From contig JBNRMN010000089.1 in the NCBI GenBank assembly GCA_050309605.1, forward strand, positions 32,001 through 96,000: DNA of 64,000 bases, read 5' to 3'. The notes beneath the pieces were generated by a model, which was given only the letters and a program-made list of their open reading frames with translations, had not been told where the DNA came from and did no database searches. This document shows, piece by piece, positions 48,154-57,499 of the stretch. Positions within the stretch are counted from its first letter, which is position 1. Every line of letters starts with the position of its first letter. Source of the DNA: Anaerohalosphaeraceae bacterium. Its GTDB lineage: Bacteria; Planctomycetota; Phycisphaerae; Sedimentisphaerales; Anaerohalosphaeraceae. A program made the translations under genes and the position numbers.

Positions 48154-51100
48154 ATGGCAGATAACGCGACATTCAAGCTGACGCCGGCCCAGCGGCTGGC
48201 AGTGGAGACGGTCGGGCGCGATGTGCTGGTGACCGCCTCGGCGGGAACCGGCAAGACGGCGGCGCTGAGTTGGCGGTGTGTGCAGCGGATATGCGACGCT
48301 GCGTGTCCAGTTGATGTGGATCAATTGCTGGTGCTGACGTTTACCGATGCCGCGGCTGAGGAAATGCGGGCGCGAATCGCTTCGACGCTACGTGATGCAG
48401 CCCGTCAGCGGCGGGACAGCCGTCTGCGCCGGCAGGCGATGCTGCTGGACGGGGCCTGTATCAGCACGATCCATGCCTTCTGTAAGCGGGTATTGACGGA
48501 GTTTTTTCACGCGGCCGAGATTGACCCGGCTTTTGCAATCATCGATGAGGATGAACAGCGGCTCCTGAAGTCTGAAGTTCTGGAATCCACGCTCGAAGCG
48601 GCCTGGCAGGATGCGGCTCTGGCCGAGGCGTTGCGCATATTGTTTGCCGGACGCCGTATTCAGCCGGGGACGCGGAGTTTTGTCGATCAGATTATTCCGC
48701 TGTCGGCCTTTCTGGACAGCGTCGCCGGACGCGAGGCGTTTTATGAACGAGCCGCCCGAATCAATGACGCCGGGGATACGGCCTATGCCGAGCTGCTTGC
48801 CGCCCAGCGCGATATCATTGCCGATGCGCTGCTGATGATGCGTCAGCGGCTGGATTATGCGCTTGTACTGGATGGATATTACTGCGGCGGCGAATTTATC
48901 AGCGATCGAATCCGTGACGCTTATATCCCCGTCATTGAAAAGTGCTTTGATCTGATTGAACACAATCGGCTTGTCGATTGCGCAGAGTATATCAAATCGG
49001 TGGGTTTCAAATCTTTTCCGCGCGCCCCCAAAGATCTGGACGAAGACATCAAGAAACGCATCAAGGCCCCGGCCGAAACCGTCAAAAAGGAGTTCAAAGC
49101 CCTAAGTCAATTAGCCGCACTGAACCCGACCTATGAACGTCAGTTGGCCGGTGCGGTCACTTTGCACAGCCGTGTGCTGCTTGAATTGCTCAGACGGTTC
49201 GACGCCGCCTACGCCGAAGCGAAGGCCAAGCGGAATGTACTGGATTTTGCCGACCTGGAACATCATACCCTGCGACTGCTCGAACGTCAGCCGGCTATCG
49301 CCCGGACATTACGGCAGCGCTTCGACTATGTGTTTGTGGACGAATATCAGGACATCAATACCGTTCAACAGCGGATTTTGGATGCGCTGTGCCGGGGGGA
49401 TAATGTGTTTGCCGTCGGCGACATCAAGCAGAGTATCTATGCCTTTCGCCAGAGTCGGCCGGACATCTTTCTTGACCGACTAAGCAAGGCCACCGATCGG
49501 ACGGATGAACCGGCAGCACCGCTGCGGGTGGATATGGCCGAGAACTTTCGCTCACGGCGCGAAGTGCTGGATTTCGTCAATACTGTTTTTGGACGCATCA
49601 TGACTGATGGTACAGCGTCGATGCGCTATGACAAGCGAGCGGCACTGAAGGCTGAATTTGAGTATGCCCCGTTTACCGCCAAGGGCAGCACCGCACATCC
49701 GGTGGAATTGGTTCTGCTGGATCAGGACAGCGGCGAGCCGAAACCGGCCGAGGATAACGACGAGTCGGAAGAGGAAAACGGAAACAACCGCGATACAACC
49801 CCCGAATTGATTGACGCAACGCAGCGTCAGGCGGCCTTTATCGCCCGGCGGATTCGTCAGATGGTCGGCGCCGACGACGGCACGGCGGAGTTTCAGGTCT
49901 ATGACCGCACGCTGGGTCGCTATCGGGATGTGCGCTACGGCGATATGGTGATTTTGATGCGTTCGCTGTCCTTTAAGGCCAATACGTATGTGGAGGTGCT
50001 TCGGCTGGCGCAGATTCCCGTCAATGCGCAAAATGCATGCGGCTATTTTGAAACCACCGAAATCAGCGACTGTGTGAGTCTGCTCAAGATGCTTGATAAT
50101 CCCAATGGCGATGTGGAGACGGCCGCCACGCTGCGCAGTCCGTTGTTCGGCTTGTCGGATACCGAATTAACCGAGATTCGTCTTTTCGCCAAACAACAAC
50201 GTGATGTCAAAATCCCGTTCTATCACGCCGTGCGGCAATACGCCGAGAACGGCCCGAATGCCTCGCTGCGGCAGCGGCTTGGCGATGCGCTCCGGCGGCT
50301 GGAGCGATGGCGGCGGCAGGCCCAGCGCGGCAGTCTGGCGACCCTGCTGGATGCGGTCTTTCGTGAAACCAACCTGGTGTCGTTTTACGCCGCCCTGCCC
50401 AACGGGTCGGTGCGGCGGGCGAATCTGCTCAAGCTGCATGATCGGGCGATTCAGTTTGAGCGATTTCGGACTTCCCGGCCGGGCATGGGACTGGCGCGGT
50501 TTGTGGAGTTTCTCGAAAAACTGCAAGAGGAAGATCGCGACTGGGCGCCGGGACAACCGGACAGCCTCGAAAACGCCGTGCGGATTATGAGCGTTCACAA
50601 AAGCAAAGGACTGGAGTTTCCGGTGGTCTTCGCGGCGGAGCTGAACACGCCGTTTAATCTCTCCGATCAGCGCGGCGAGTGCCTCATCGACGAACAGACC
50701 ATCGGTCTGCAGACGATTGTCGAGGGCGGACGATTTCGGCTCAGTTCGCCGGCCCATCAGGTGCTGGTTGAGCGAAAACGACAACTGAATCTGGCCGAAG
50801 AGATGCGGATTCTCTATGTGATGCTCACGCGGGCACGGGAAAAACTAGTCTTGACCGCCTCGCAGAAAGATCGGATCTGTCGTTCTCAGTTGACCGAGTG
50901 TGCCCTGATGTCCAATGGCTTGACCGACTGGAAACTGCGTGAGGCGCGATGCCATCTGGATTGGATTCTGGCGGCGCTGGCCTGTGAGGCGACGCTGCAT
51001 ACGCTGTACAAAACGGGATTTGAAAACCATTTTGAACAGCGAAATGAATTCGTCGCCGACCGCATTGATCAAAAACAATTGGACACGTTGACCGCCGAGC

Positions 51101-51900
51101 TGCTTGAGAGTAAGCGCTCGCTCAAAAGCGTTACCCAGCCGCCGACGCTTTCACAAGAACAGCAGGACACCTATGCGGCGGCATTCGCCCGCCTGGAGTC
51201 GTCGCTGACACGGCGGTATCCGTTCTTCGCACAGTGCGGCATCGGCGCCAAATACTCGGTCAGCACACTGACGCATCGGGACGACGAATTTTCGGCGGTG
51301 GATGTCAGCGGCGCGTTTGACGCGGCGCCTGCGGCGGTTCAGGACGGCAAGACCGGCCCTGCGGATATTCATCGGCGACTGGCCGGCTTGGCGGCGCATC
51401 TGGCCTTTGAACACGTACCGCTTGGTGAACCAGTAACGGTGCAGACGGTGGAACAAACGCTTGCCGCGCTGGTGAAAAACGGGCTGATCGCCCCGCCGGT
51501 CGCCGGACAGGTTGATGTCGCCGGCATTGCGGCGTTTTTTGATACCGCACCGGGCGCTGCGGCCGTCGCTGCGGGCACGACCGCCCTTCGCGAGTGGCCC
51601 TTCACGCTGGGCATTGATGCGACCGAACTGGGCGCCGACGCGCCCGGCGAAACCGTCATCATTCAGGGCATTGTTGATTTGATTGTTCCTGCTCCTGAAG
51701 GATTGATCCTTGTCGATTTCAAAACCGACCGCATCGCCGACGATGCCGCCCTGCAGCAGCGTATCGATCGCTATCGACAACCGCTGGCGTGGTATGCACG
51801 AGCCGCCTCAACAATTCTCAACAAGCCCGCGGCCTCCTGCTGGCTGTATTTTGCCGACTGCCGAAAGGCCGTGTCGATTGACCTGAATCCAAGCGCTTGA
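48154..51900 (+). CDS. addA: AddA-type ATP-dependent helicase/nuclease
   Basis: ASAGTGKT, LTFTDAAAEEM, VDEYQD, VGDIKQSIY.FR, ENFRS, MSVHKSKGLEF, YVMLTRA; C-terminal QGIVDL..VDFKTD nuclease domain. Confidence 0.9.
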   Translation: MADNATFKLTPAQRLAVETVGRDVLVTASAGTGKTAALSWRCVQRICDAACPVDVDQLLVLTFTDAAAEEMRARIASTLRDAARQRRDSRLRRQAMLLDGACISTIHAFCKRVLTEFFHAAEIDPAFAIIDEDEQRLLKSEVLESTLEAAWQDAALAEALRILFAGRRIQPGTRSFVDQIIPLSAFLDSVAGREAFYERAARINDAGDTAYAELLAAQRDIIADALLMMRQRLDYALVLDGYYCGGEFISDRIRDAYIPVIEKCFDLIEHNRLVDCAEYIKSVGFKSFPRAPKDLDEDIKKRIKAPAETVKKEFKALSQLAALNPTYERQLAGAVTLHSRVLLELLRRFDAAYAEAKAKRNVLDFADLEHHTLRLLERQPAIARTLRQRFDYVFVDEYQDINTVQQRILDALCRGDNVFAVGDIKQSIYAFRQSRPDIFLDRLSKATDRTDEPAAPLRVDMAENFRSRREVLDFVNTVFGRIMTDGTASMRYDKRAALKAEFEYAPFTAKGSTAHPVELVLLDQDSGEPKPAEDNDESEEENGNNRDTTPELIDATQRQAAFIARRIRQMVGADDGTAEFQVYDRTLGRYRDVRYGDMVILMRSLSFKANTYVEVLRLAQIPVNAQNACGYFETTEISDCVSLLKMLDNPNGDVETAATLRSPLFGLSDTELTEIRLFAKQQRDVKIPFYHAVRQYAENGPNASLRQRLGDALRRLERWRRQAQRGSLATLLDAVFRETNLVSFYAALPNGSVRRANLLKLHDRAIQFERFRTSRPGMGLARFVEFLEKLQEEDRDWAPGQPDSLENAVRIMSVHKSKGLEFPVVFAAELNTPFNLSDQRGECLIDEQTIGLQTIVEGGRFRLSSPAHQVLVERKRQLNLAEEMRILYVMLTRAREKLVLTASQKDRICRSQLTECALMSNGLTDWKLREARCHLDWILAALACEATLHTLYKTGFENHFEQRNEFVADRIDQKQLDTLTAELLESKRSLKSVTQPPTLSQEQQDTYAAAFARLESSLTRRYPFFAQCGIGAKYSVSTLTHRDDEFSAVDVSGAFDAAPAAVQDGKTGPADIHRRLAGLAAHLAFEHVPLGEPVTVQTVEQTLAALVKNGLIAPPVAGQVDVAGIAAFFDTAPGAAAVAAGTTALREWPFTLGIDATELGADAPGETVIIQGIVDLIVPAPEGLILVDFKTDRIADDAALQQRIDRYRQPLAWYARAASTILNKPAASCWLYFADCRKAVSIDLNPSA

Positions 51901-52000
51901 AAGCGTGCTGCCGCCCAAACGAAACCAGCCTCATTCAAACAAACCGGGGCAAAGACATAACGTCCCCGCCCCGGCCGCACTCAAACATCTCCCCTCGCGA

Positions 52001-52201
52001 TTAAACTGCATTTCGCCGCCGAAGCCAGCCGACCATACCCGTACCCATCACAGTCAACAGCGCCGCACCCGGCACGGGAATGACCGTATAACCCGCATTT
52101 CGAAGTATCTCGTAATCACTTTCCTGGAGATATTTGCGCTGTCCGGTTCCAATCTCTGAATACATGACTTCATTCTGCGTCAGTGGCGTGCTCGACCACA
52201 C
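52001..52201 (-). pseudogene. Short ORF or 3' remnant ending in a PEP-CTERM-like tail
   Basis: ..AGYTVIPVPGAALLTVMGTGMVGWLRRRNAV; no signal peptide; in-frame TAG at 52217-52219 blocks 5' extension. Confidence 0.6.
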
Positions 52202-52395
52202 AGTCGAAATACGGTACTATTTTCGTCTTTGCCGCTGAGCTTGTCAATCCGGATTATTACTGATTTTACACTGAAAAAAAGCGTTGTGAAAACAGAAGCC
52301 GAATTCCAAGGAATATCCGCTTTCTAAATTGGGCTGTTTCGGTTACAGTATGATTCAAATTCAGCGAAAAAGAAACCTACATTCCGGAGTCCATA

Positions 52396-52713
52396 ATGCA
52401 GGTTGGCTTGTTGACCATTACGATTCATCTTCACGCAATCGCTTCGCTCAAGGACAAACGCCGCATCGTCAAGAGTCTGGTCGAACGGCTGCGCAGCCGG
52501 TTCCATTGCGCCGCCGCGGAAATCGACGCCCAGAACAGCAAACTGATTGCGCAAATCGGCCTTGCCGTGGTGTCCAACGACGGACATCTCGTCAACCGTC
52601 AGCTTGACCTGATTGCCGACTTTGTCCGACAGGACGGGCGTTTTGTGGTCAGTCGGATGGGACGGGAAATCTTTGCCGCAAACGACGATTATCCTCTTGA
52701 ATTCAGCAACTGA
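52396..52713 (+). CDS. DUF503 (YlxP-like) protein
   Basis: SLKDKRRIVKSLVERLRSRF..AAAE..IGLAVVSN. Confidence 0.88.
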   Translation: MQVGLLTITIHLHAIASLKDKRRIVKSLVERLRSRFHCAAAEIDAQNSKLIAQIGLAVVSNDGHLVNRQLDLIADFVRQDGRFVVSRMGREIFAANDDYPLEFSN

Positions 52714-52798
52714 ACGTGGTATAAATCAGCACTGAACGGCTGCAAACAGCCTTTTATGAAATGCTTATCGGCGGGAAAATACACAATACGGAGTCTTC

Positions 52799-53437
52799 AT
52801 GGACAAAATGCGGCTGAAATTATCCTCTGCCGTGCTGCTGGGTGTATTCGGCGTGCTGTCGGGGTGTTCTACGGTCCGTGTGACCGATCCATCGGCTACG
52901 GCCACGCAGCAATATTTGACCTCCGAAGCGGTCTCCAGGGCCATCTCTCAATTGTCGTTTGAGTCGCTGCGAGGGCGCAAGGTGTTTATCGATAATTCCT
53001 ATCTTGCCGAGGCCGAGAAAGGGTTCGCTACAGCGGAGTTTCGTGCGGTCGTTCTTCAGGCGGGCGCCTATATCAAGACCGAGCGCAGCGAAGCGGAAAT
53101 CATTATTGAGATGCGGAGCAACGGCATCGGAATCGACCGCTATCAAAGCATGGTCGGTTTGCCGGCGATCTATGGCCCGCCGACAGGTTCCGAGGCAGCC
53201 GGGGCCGGCGCGATCACCCAAACGGTGGTGACGCCTGAAGTGGCCATCACGAAAAACATTCGGCAAGTCGGCTATGCCAGCATTTCATATGTCGCTTATT
53301 GGGCCGACACCGGTGAAATCGTGACCGGCAGCGGCCCTTATGTCGGCAAAACGCTGCGCGAAGACTGGTGGTTTTTGGGGTTTGGGCCGCGAACCATCGG
53401 CAATGTGCCGGTTGTGGATCGTACACTGGAACAATAA
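52799..53437 (+). CDS. Putative lipoprotein (DUF6655-like)
   Basis: Lipobox LSGC; T.P..TATQQYL.SEA..RA motif. Confidence 0.6.
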   Translation: MDKMRLKLSSAVLLGVFGVLSGCSTVRVTDPSATATQQYLTSEAVSRAISQLSFESLRGRKVFIDNSYLAEAEKGFATAEFRAVVLQAGAYIKTERSEAEIIIEMRSNGIGIDRYQSMVGLPAIYGPPTGSEAAGAGAITQTVVTPEVAITKNIRQVGYASISYVAYWADTGEIVTGSGPYVGKTLREDWWFLGFGPRTIGNVPVVDRTLEQ

Positions 53438-53472
53438 CAGAATCCGTCTTTTCGACCATTCGTGGGGTATCT

Positions 53473-55407
53473 ATGGCAGCTAAGAGAGCGCGGCGTTTTC
53501 GTTTCTTTCTAAAAGTGCTGCTGGTTCTAATTGTTATCGCCGTTGTCCTCGTTGTCCTGCTGGAAACGGGGCATGCCGGTCGATATGTCCTCCGTTTGGT
53601 CGGCCATCGCATGGGCATAGAGGTTGCGGCTCATCGTGTTCGCGTCGGTCTGGACGGCCGATTGCGAATCATTCAACTGTCTGCTGCACTGGAGGCGGAG
53701 CAGGATCCCTTTTTTTCGGCCGACATAATCGTTATCCGAATGAACAATCTCAAGGATCTGCTGGCGACCTTTGAGCTGAACATCTCGAAAATTTCATTGG
53801 CCGAACCGATGCTGGCACTGCGCCGCGATGAACAGGGGACGCTGAATATCGCCTGCCTGCTGGACCAATGGGCCGACCGACCCAGGCGATCCGGGCCGGC
53901 GGTCATCCCCGACGTCTATCTGATCAACGGGACCTTTCTTTTTGACCAGGCCGGTCAAACACCGCTGCGTATTTCTGATATCGCCTTTCACAGCACGACG
54001 GACAGCACCGGTCGTCTCAAGGCCACCTTGTCCCTGCCTGAAAACAACACGGTTGACGGCCTGATCGACTTGGATACGCTTGACCTTAGGCTCACCGCGG
54101 ACATTCAAAATTCCGCTGCACTGCCGGAGGCGATTGCCACCCCCCTTGGCGATCTTAACCATCTCAAGGCTCAATGGAATGGACGCATCGCCTCGCAGCC
54201 GCCCTGGATGATCAGCGGCGATTTGCTCATTGAGAACCTCTCGTTCAACAAGGTAACCGGCAGTTTACAGGCCCACATTGCCATTCATCCGGACCACCTT
54301 GCCGCCGACATTGAACGGCTTGCCGTAGATCCATGGACACTGTGGGGATCCTTGGATGATCGCCCCGACGCGGTCACCGCCGACAAGGGAACCATTCGAT
54401 ATACCTACGCCGAGAGCCGCATTGATATGACGGCCCTGGAACTGTCGCTGCTGGACGGCAAGACGGTCATTGATGCGACGGTCTTTGCGCAGCAGCCGCA
54501 GCAAAGCCGGGTTGAGATTGAATTCACAGAGATTCAGCCGCCGGCCCCGCTGCTTTCCGGAACCTTATTTGAAAACACCTCGTTGAGCGGGGCATTTAAT
54601 ATGAGTCCGTCTTCGGATAGACGAGCCATGGAGCCGATAGCCGTTTCGCTTCGTCTGCGACTGGACGGCCCCCTGTTTCAGGCCGCCGATCTTGAAGAAA
54701 TCACCGCCGAAGGGTATCTCGGCGATACACGACTGGTTACACAATCCGTTACCATTCCTGTATTCGGCGGCGTTGTCTCGCCGTGGATCAGTTTAACACG
54801 CCGCGACGAAGAAGTGTTTACGCACCTCATCACCGATTTTGAACGCATTGACATTGACCGGCTCGTGCACACCATCTACCCTGAAGCGCAATCGGTTCCG
54901 GGCGTCCTGAGCGGAACGGTGCGCTGCCGAACTTCGGGCAGTTTGCAGACGCTTTCCGGCAGTGCCGATATTGCACTGACCGATTCGGACTTGATGCAAA
55001 CGAATATCATCGGGGCCGTGTATGCGGCGATGAATCTCAGCTTCGGCCGGATGGAACCCAGAGGACAAGGCAAGATCACACTGGCCGCTCAAAGCCGAAA
55101 AGTGGATATTATGAGCTTCGAATACTTCAATCGAGGCGTAGATATACGCGGCGCCGGAGCGATTGAAGATATTACTCAGGGCAAAGCCTCGCCGATTTCC
55201 GGGTTTGTGACCGGCTCGATGCGGCCGCTGCGCGACACCCGCATTCCCGGCCGGCGCGAACTGGATCGTCTTATCAGCGGGCTTCAGACCGGCCTGGCCA
55301 CCGTTAAAGTGGAAGGCACAGTCGGCGACCCTGCGCCTCGCGTCGTTCCCATGCCGGAAATACACAACGCCTTTCGAGCATTGCTCTGGCAGCAGCTTCG
55401 TGAATGA
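53473..55407 (+). CDS. AsmA-like membrane-anchored periplasmic protein
   Basis: N-terminal TM, ISLAEPMLALRRDEQGTLNI motif, beta-rich body, C-terminal VKVEGTVGDP. Confidence 0.65.
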   Translation: MAAKRARRFRFFLKVLLVLIVIAVVLVVLLETGHAGRYVLRLVGHRMGIEVAAHRVRVGLDGRLRIIQLSAALEAEQDPFFSADIIVIRMNNLKDLLATFELNISKISLAEPMLALRRDEQGTLNIACLLDQWADRPRRSGPAVIPDVYLINGTFLFDQAGQTPLRISDIAFHSTTDSTGRLKATLSLPENNTVDGLIDLDTLDLRLTADIQNSAALPEAIATPLGDLNHLKAQWNGRIASQPPWMISGDLLIENLSFNKVTGSLQAHIAIHPDHLAADIERLAVDPWTLWGSLDDRPDAVTADKGTIRYTYAESRIDMTALELSLLDGKTVIDATVFAQQPQQSRVEIEFTEIQPPAPLLSGTLFENTSLSGAFNMSPSSDRRAMEPIAVSLRLRLDGPLFQAADLEEITAEGYLGDTRLVTQSVTIPVFGGVVSPWISLTRRDEEVFTHLITDFERIDIDRLVHTIYPEAQSVPGVLSGTVRCRTSGSLQTLSGSADIALTDSDLMQTNIIGAVYAAMNLSFGRMEPRGQGKITLAAQSRKVDIMSFEYFNRGVDIRGAGAIEDITQGKASPISGFVTGSMRPLRDTRIPGRRELDRLISGLQTGLATVKVEGTVGDPAPRVVPMPEIHNAFRALLWQQLRE

Positions 55408-55416
55408 ACGCGACCT

Positions 55417-56571
55417 TTACGAATTGAGGTCTGAACACAGGTCTTCCAACCCCTTATCGAGATCTGCTGCGCGGCGATCCCACTGGTACCGAGCCATCGC
55501 CTCTTGTCCGCGATGGCTGCGGCCCTGCCAAAGATCACCGTTTTCCGTGCGATGAATCAGCCGTGCCAGTTTTTCGGTCAACCGTCCGACCGTCCCGTCG
55601 TAAAAAAATTCGTCTGGTTCAACCGTTTCTATGCTGCTGAGAATTTCCGGGTAGGCCAATCGCCGCGGCAGCAGCGGATAGGCCCCCGCCGCTATAGCCT
55701 CGACCATCCCGATGCCGAAAAATTCATGACAAGCGGTTGAAACAACGATGTCCGCCTCCGCCAGGGCCTGAACGTACGCCTGTCGCGACGGCAGAAACCC
55801 CCAGCGCTCAATGCGATCAGCAAACGCGGCTTGAGCCTGCTTGAACACCGCCGGGCAATCCCGAAATTGTTCCCCGATGACCGAGAGGCGAAAATCCAGC
55901 CCCTTTTTAACAAGATGTCGGATCGCCTCAAAGAAGTCTTCGGGATTTTTATCATGTTCCCAGCGTGCGGCCCAGAGAATTCGCGTCGGGCCGGGCAATC
56001 GCTGCGACGGCCTATCGTCAAACGACTCGATCCCCGGCGGCTGAATCCTCGCCTTCCCGACCAGCGATTCGAGCTGACGTGAAGGAAAGAAATCGGGCAT
56101 ACGATCAAACAATCGCTTCAGGGCTTCAAAAAATTCATCACGATGAAACATGGAATTGAACCAGACCGCGTCCGCGGCCAGCGCGGTCGTGAAATTGGTA
56201 ATGGCATATTGAAAGTCGCGCTGGTCTTCTACACGCACCGGGTAAGTCAATTGATTTTCATGGAAATAAGCGACGGTCGGAATCGAGCGCAGCATCAAAG
56301 GCGCCACCCCGCGAAACTCCGCCAGGTTGAGCATATCCGAACAGAAGACGGCATCCCACGTCTTGCCCTCGGCAGCCAGCGTATCGACGCGCTCGGCAAA
56401 GGTAAACGCCCCGTGCCGCATCCGCCACTTCCACTTGTTCGGGGGCAGCGTCAGCACGTCCCACCGATGGCGCGAACGCCTGATCCAGCCGTCCAGGAAC
56501 GCCCGATGTGAACCGCCATAGTACCCTTCCATCGCCAAAATGTGCTTGGTCTCAGTGGCTGTATTCATCAT
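55417..56571 (-). CDS. DUF3524 + GT-B glycosyltransferase; GTDC1/QTMAN (queuosine-tRNA mannosyltransferase) homologue
   Basis: YYGGSH, TLPPNKWKWRMR, YFHENQLTYPV, RWEHDKNPEDFF, HEFFGIGMVEA, RLAYPE. Confidence 0.85.
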   Translation of the reverse strand: MMNTATETKHILAMEGYYGGSHRAFLDGWIRRSRHRWDVLTLPPNKWKWRMRHGAFTFAERVDTLAAEGKTWDAVFCSDMLNLAEFRGVAPLMLRSIPTVAYFHENQLTYPVRVEDQRDFQYAITNFTTALAADAVWFNSMFHRDEFFEALKRLFDRMPDFFPSRQLESLVGKARIQPPGIESFDDRPSQRLPGPTRILWAARWEHDKNPEDFFEAIRHLVKKGLDFRLSVIGEQFRDCPAVFKQAQAAFADRIERWGFLPSRQAYVQALAEADIVVSTACHEFFGIGMVEAIAAGAYPLLPRRLAYPEILSSIETVEPDEFFYDGTVGRLTEKLARLIHRTENGDLWQGRSHRGQEAMARYQWDRRAADLDKGLEDLCSDLNS

Positions 56572-56598
56572 CCGCCGGCTGCCCCTGGTGCGGTTTCA

Positions 56599-57225
56599 TC
56601 ACTCGGCGTATTTGACCGTACAGCCGTAAGGTTTGGTTTCCGCAGTCGTTACGGGTCGGTCGGACAGAACATCGTCAATCGCATTTTTGACATAATGAAT
56701 CCTCACGGCCTTGTTGCCCTGAGGATCGTCGTCGATGGCGCCGTTGTAGGCAATACGCCCGGCCTTATCGACCACAAACATATGCGGCGTTGTTTTGGCG
56801 TCATATTGTCTGCCGACGGTTCCGTCGTGGTCATCCAAAACCGGATACGGAAGATCATATTTTTCGGCAAATTCTTTATTTTTCTCCTGATTGAAATGGC
56901 TCGTCGTGTTGATGGCCAGCCAGACGACCCCTTGATCGGCATACGCCTCGGCCAGACCGACCATCGTACCAGCCTCATAATGGCGAACGACAAAGGGACA
57001 TTCCGGATTTACCCACTCTAAAACAATAATTTTGCCTTTGTAGTCGGCCAGATTGTGCACTTTTCCGGTATGATCGGTCAGGGTAAAGGCCGGGGCTTCA
57101 GGACGTCCGTAGTCGGTTTCTTGTGATGTGTGCCCGGAATGTTCAGTAGGCTCAGTCTTGCCGCAACCGGAAATCAGCCACGGCGACAATAAAACGGCTA
57201 AAGCGATTTTCAATGTCGTTTTCAT
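56599..57225 (-). CDS. Redoxin/AhpC-TSA-like lipoprotein
   Basis: Lipobox ISGC; APAFTL, EWVNPECPFV, AKTTPHMFV, YNGAIDD, PYGCTVK. Confidence 0.85.
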   Translation of the reverse strand: MKTTLKIALAVLLSPWLISGCGKTEPTEHSGHTSQETDYGRPEAPAFTLTDHTGKVHNLADYKGKIIVLEWVNPECPFVVRHYEAGTMVGLAEAYADQGVVWLAINTTSHFNQEKNKEFAEKYDLPYPVLDDHDGTVGRQYDAKTTPHMFVVDKAGRIAYNGAIDDDPQGNKAVRIHYVKNAIDDVLSDRPVTTAETKPYGCTVKYAE

Positions 57226-57499
57226 AGCTTTCCCCTTTCAACTGTCAGAATCCTTTTTTATGCAGGACTTGCACGTTTATAATTATATCCCTACGGAATT
57301 ATTCGGCAATTGTTTATCCTTAAGTTGGGTTTAGAAAATAATTGTGTAACCGTCATGATGCCGGGTGGTCAAATGAGGATGTGTGCAAGACCCATAATTC
57401 GGAGTTGATTGCTCCAGCGGTTTAAGGTAAAATTTCGCCTGATAACGGTCGTTTCATTGAAATTCACAAAGGACAGTCGGTTCTTGAAAGGATTGCAGA

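Noticed and set aside
47708..52085. Invertible segment or shufflon bounded by the two convergent PEP-CTERM-like tails
   Set aside because: DNA similarity is explained by protein homology; no perfect inverted repeat and no recombinase nearby
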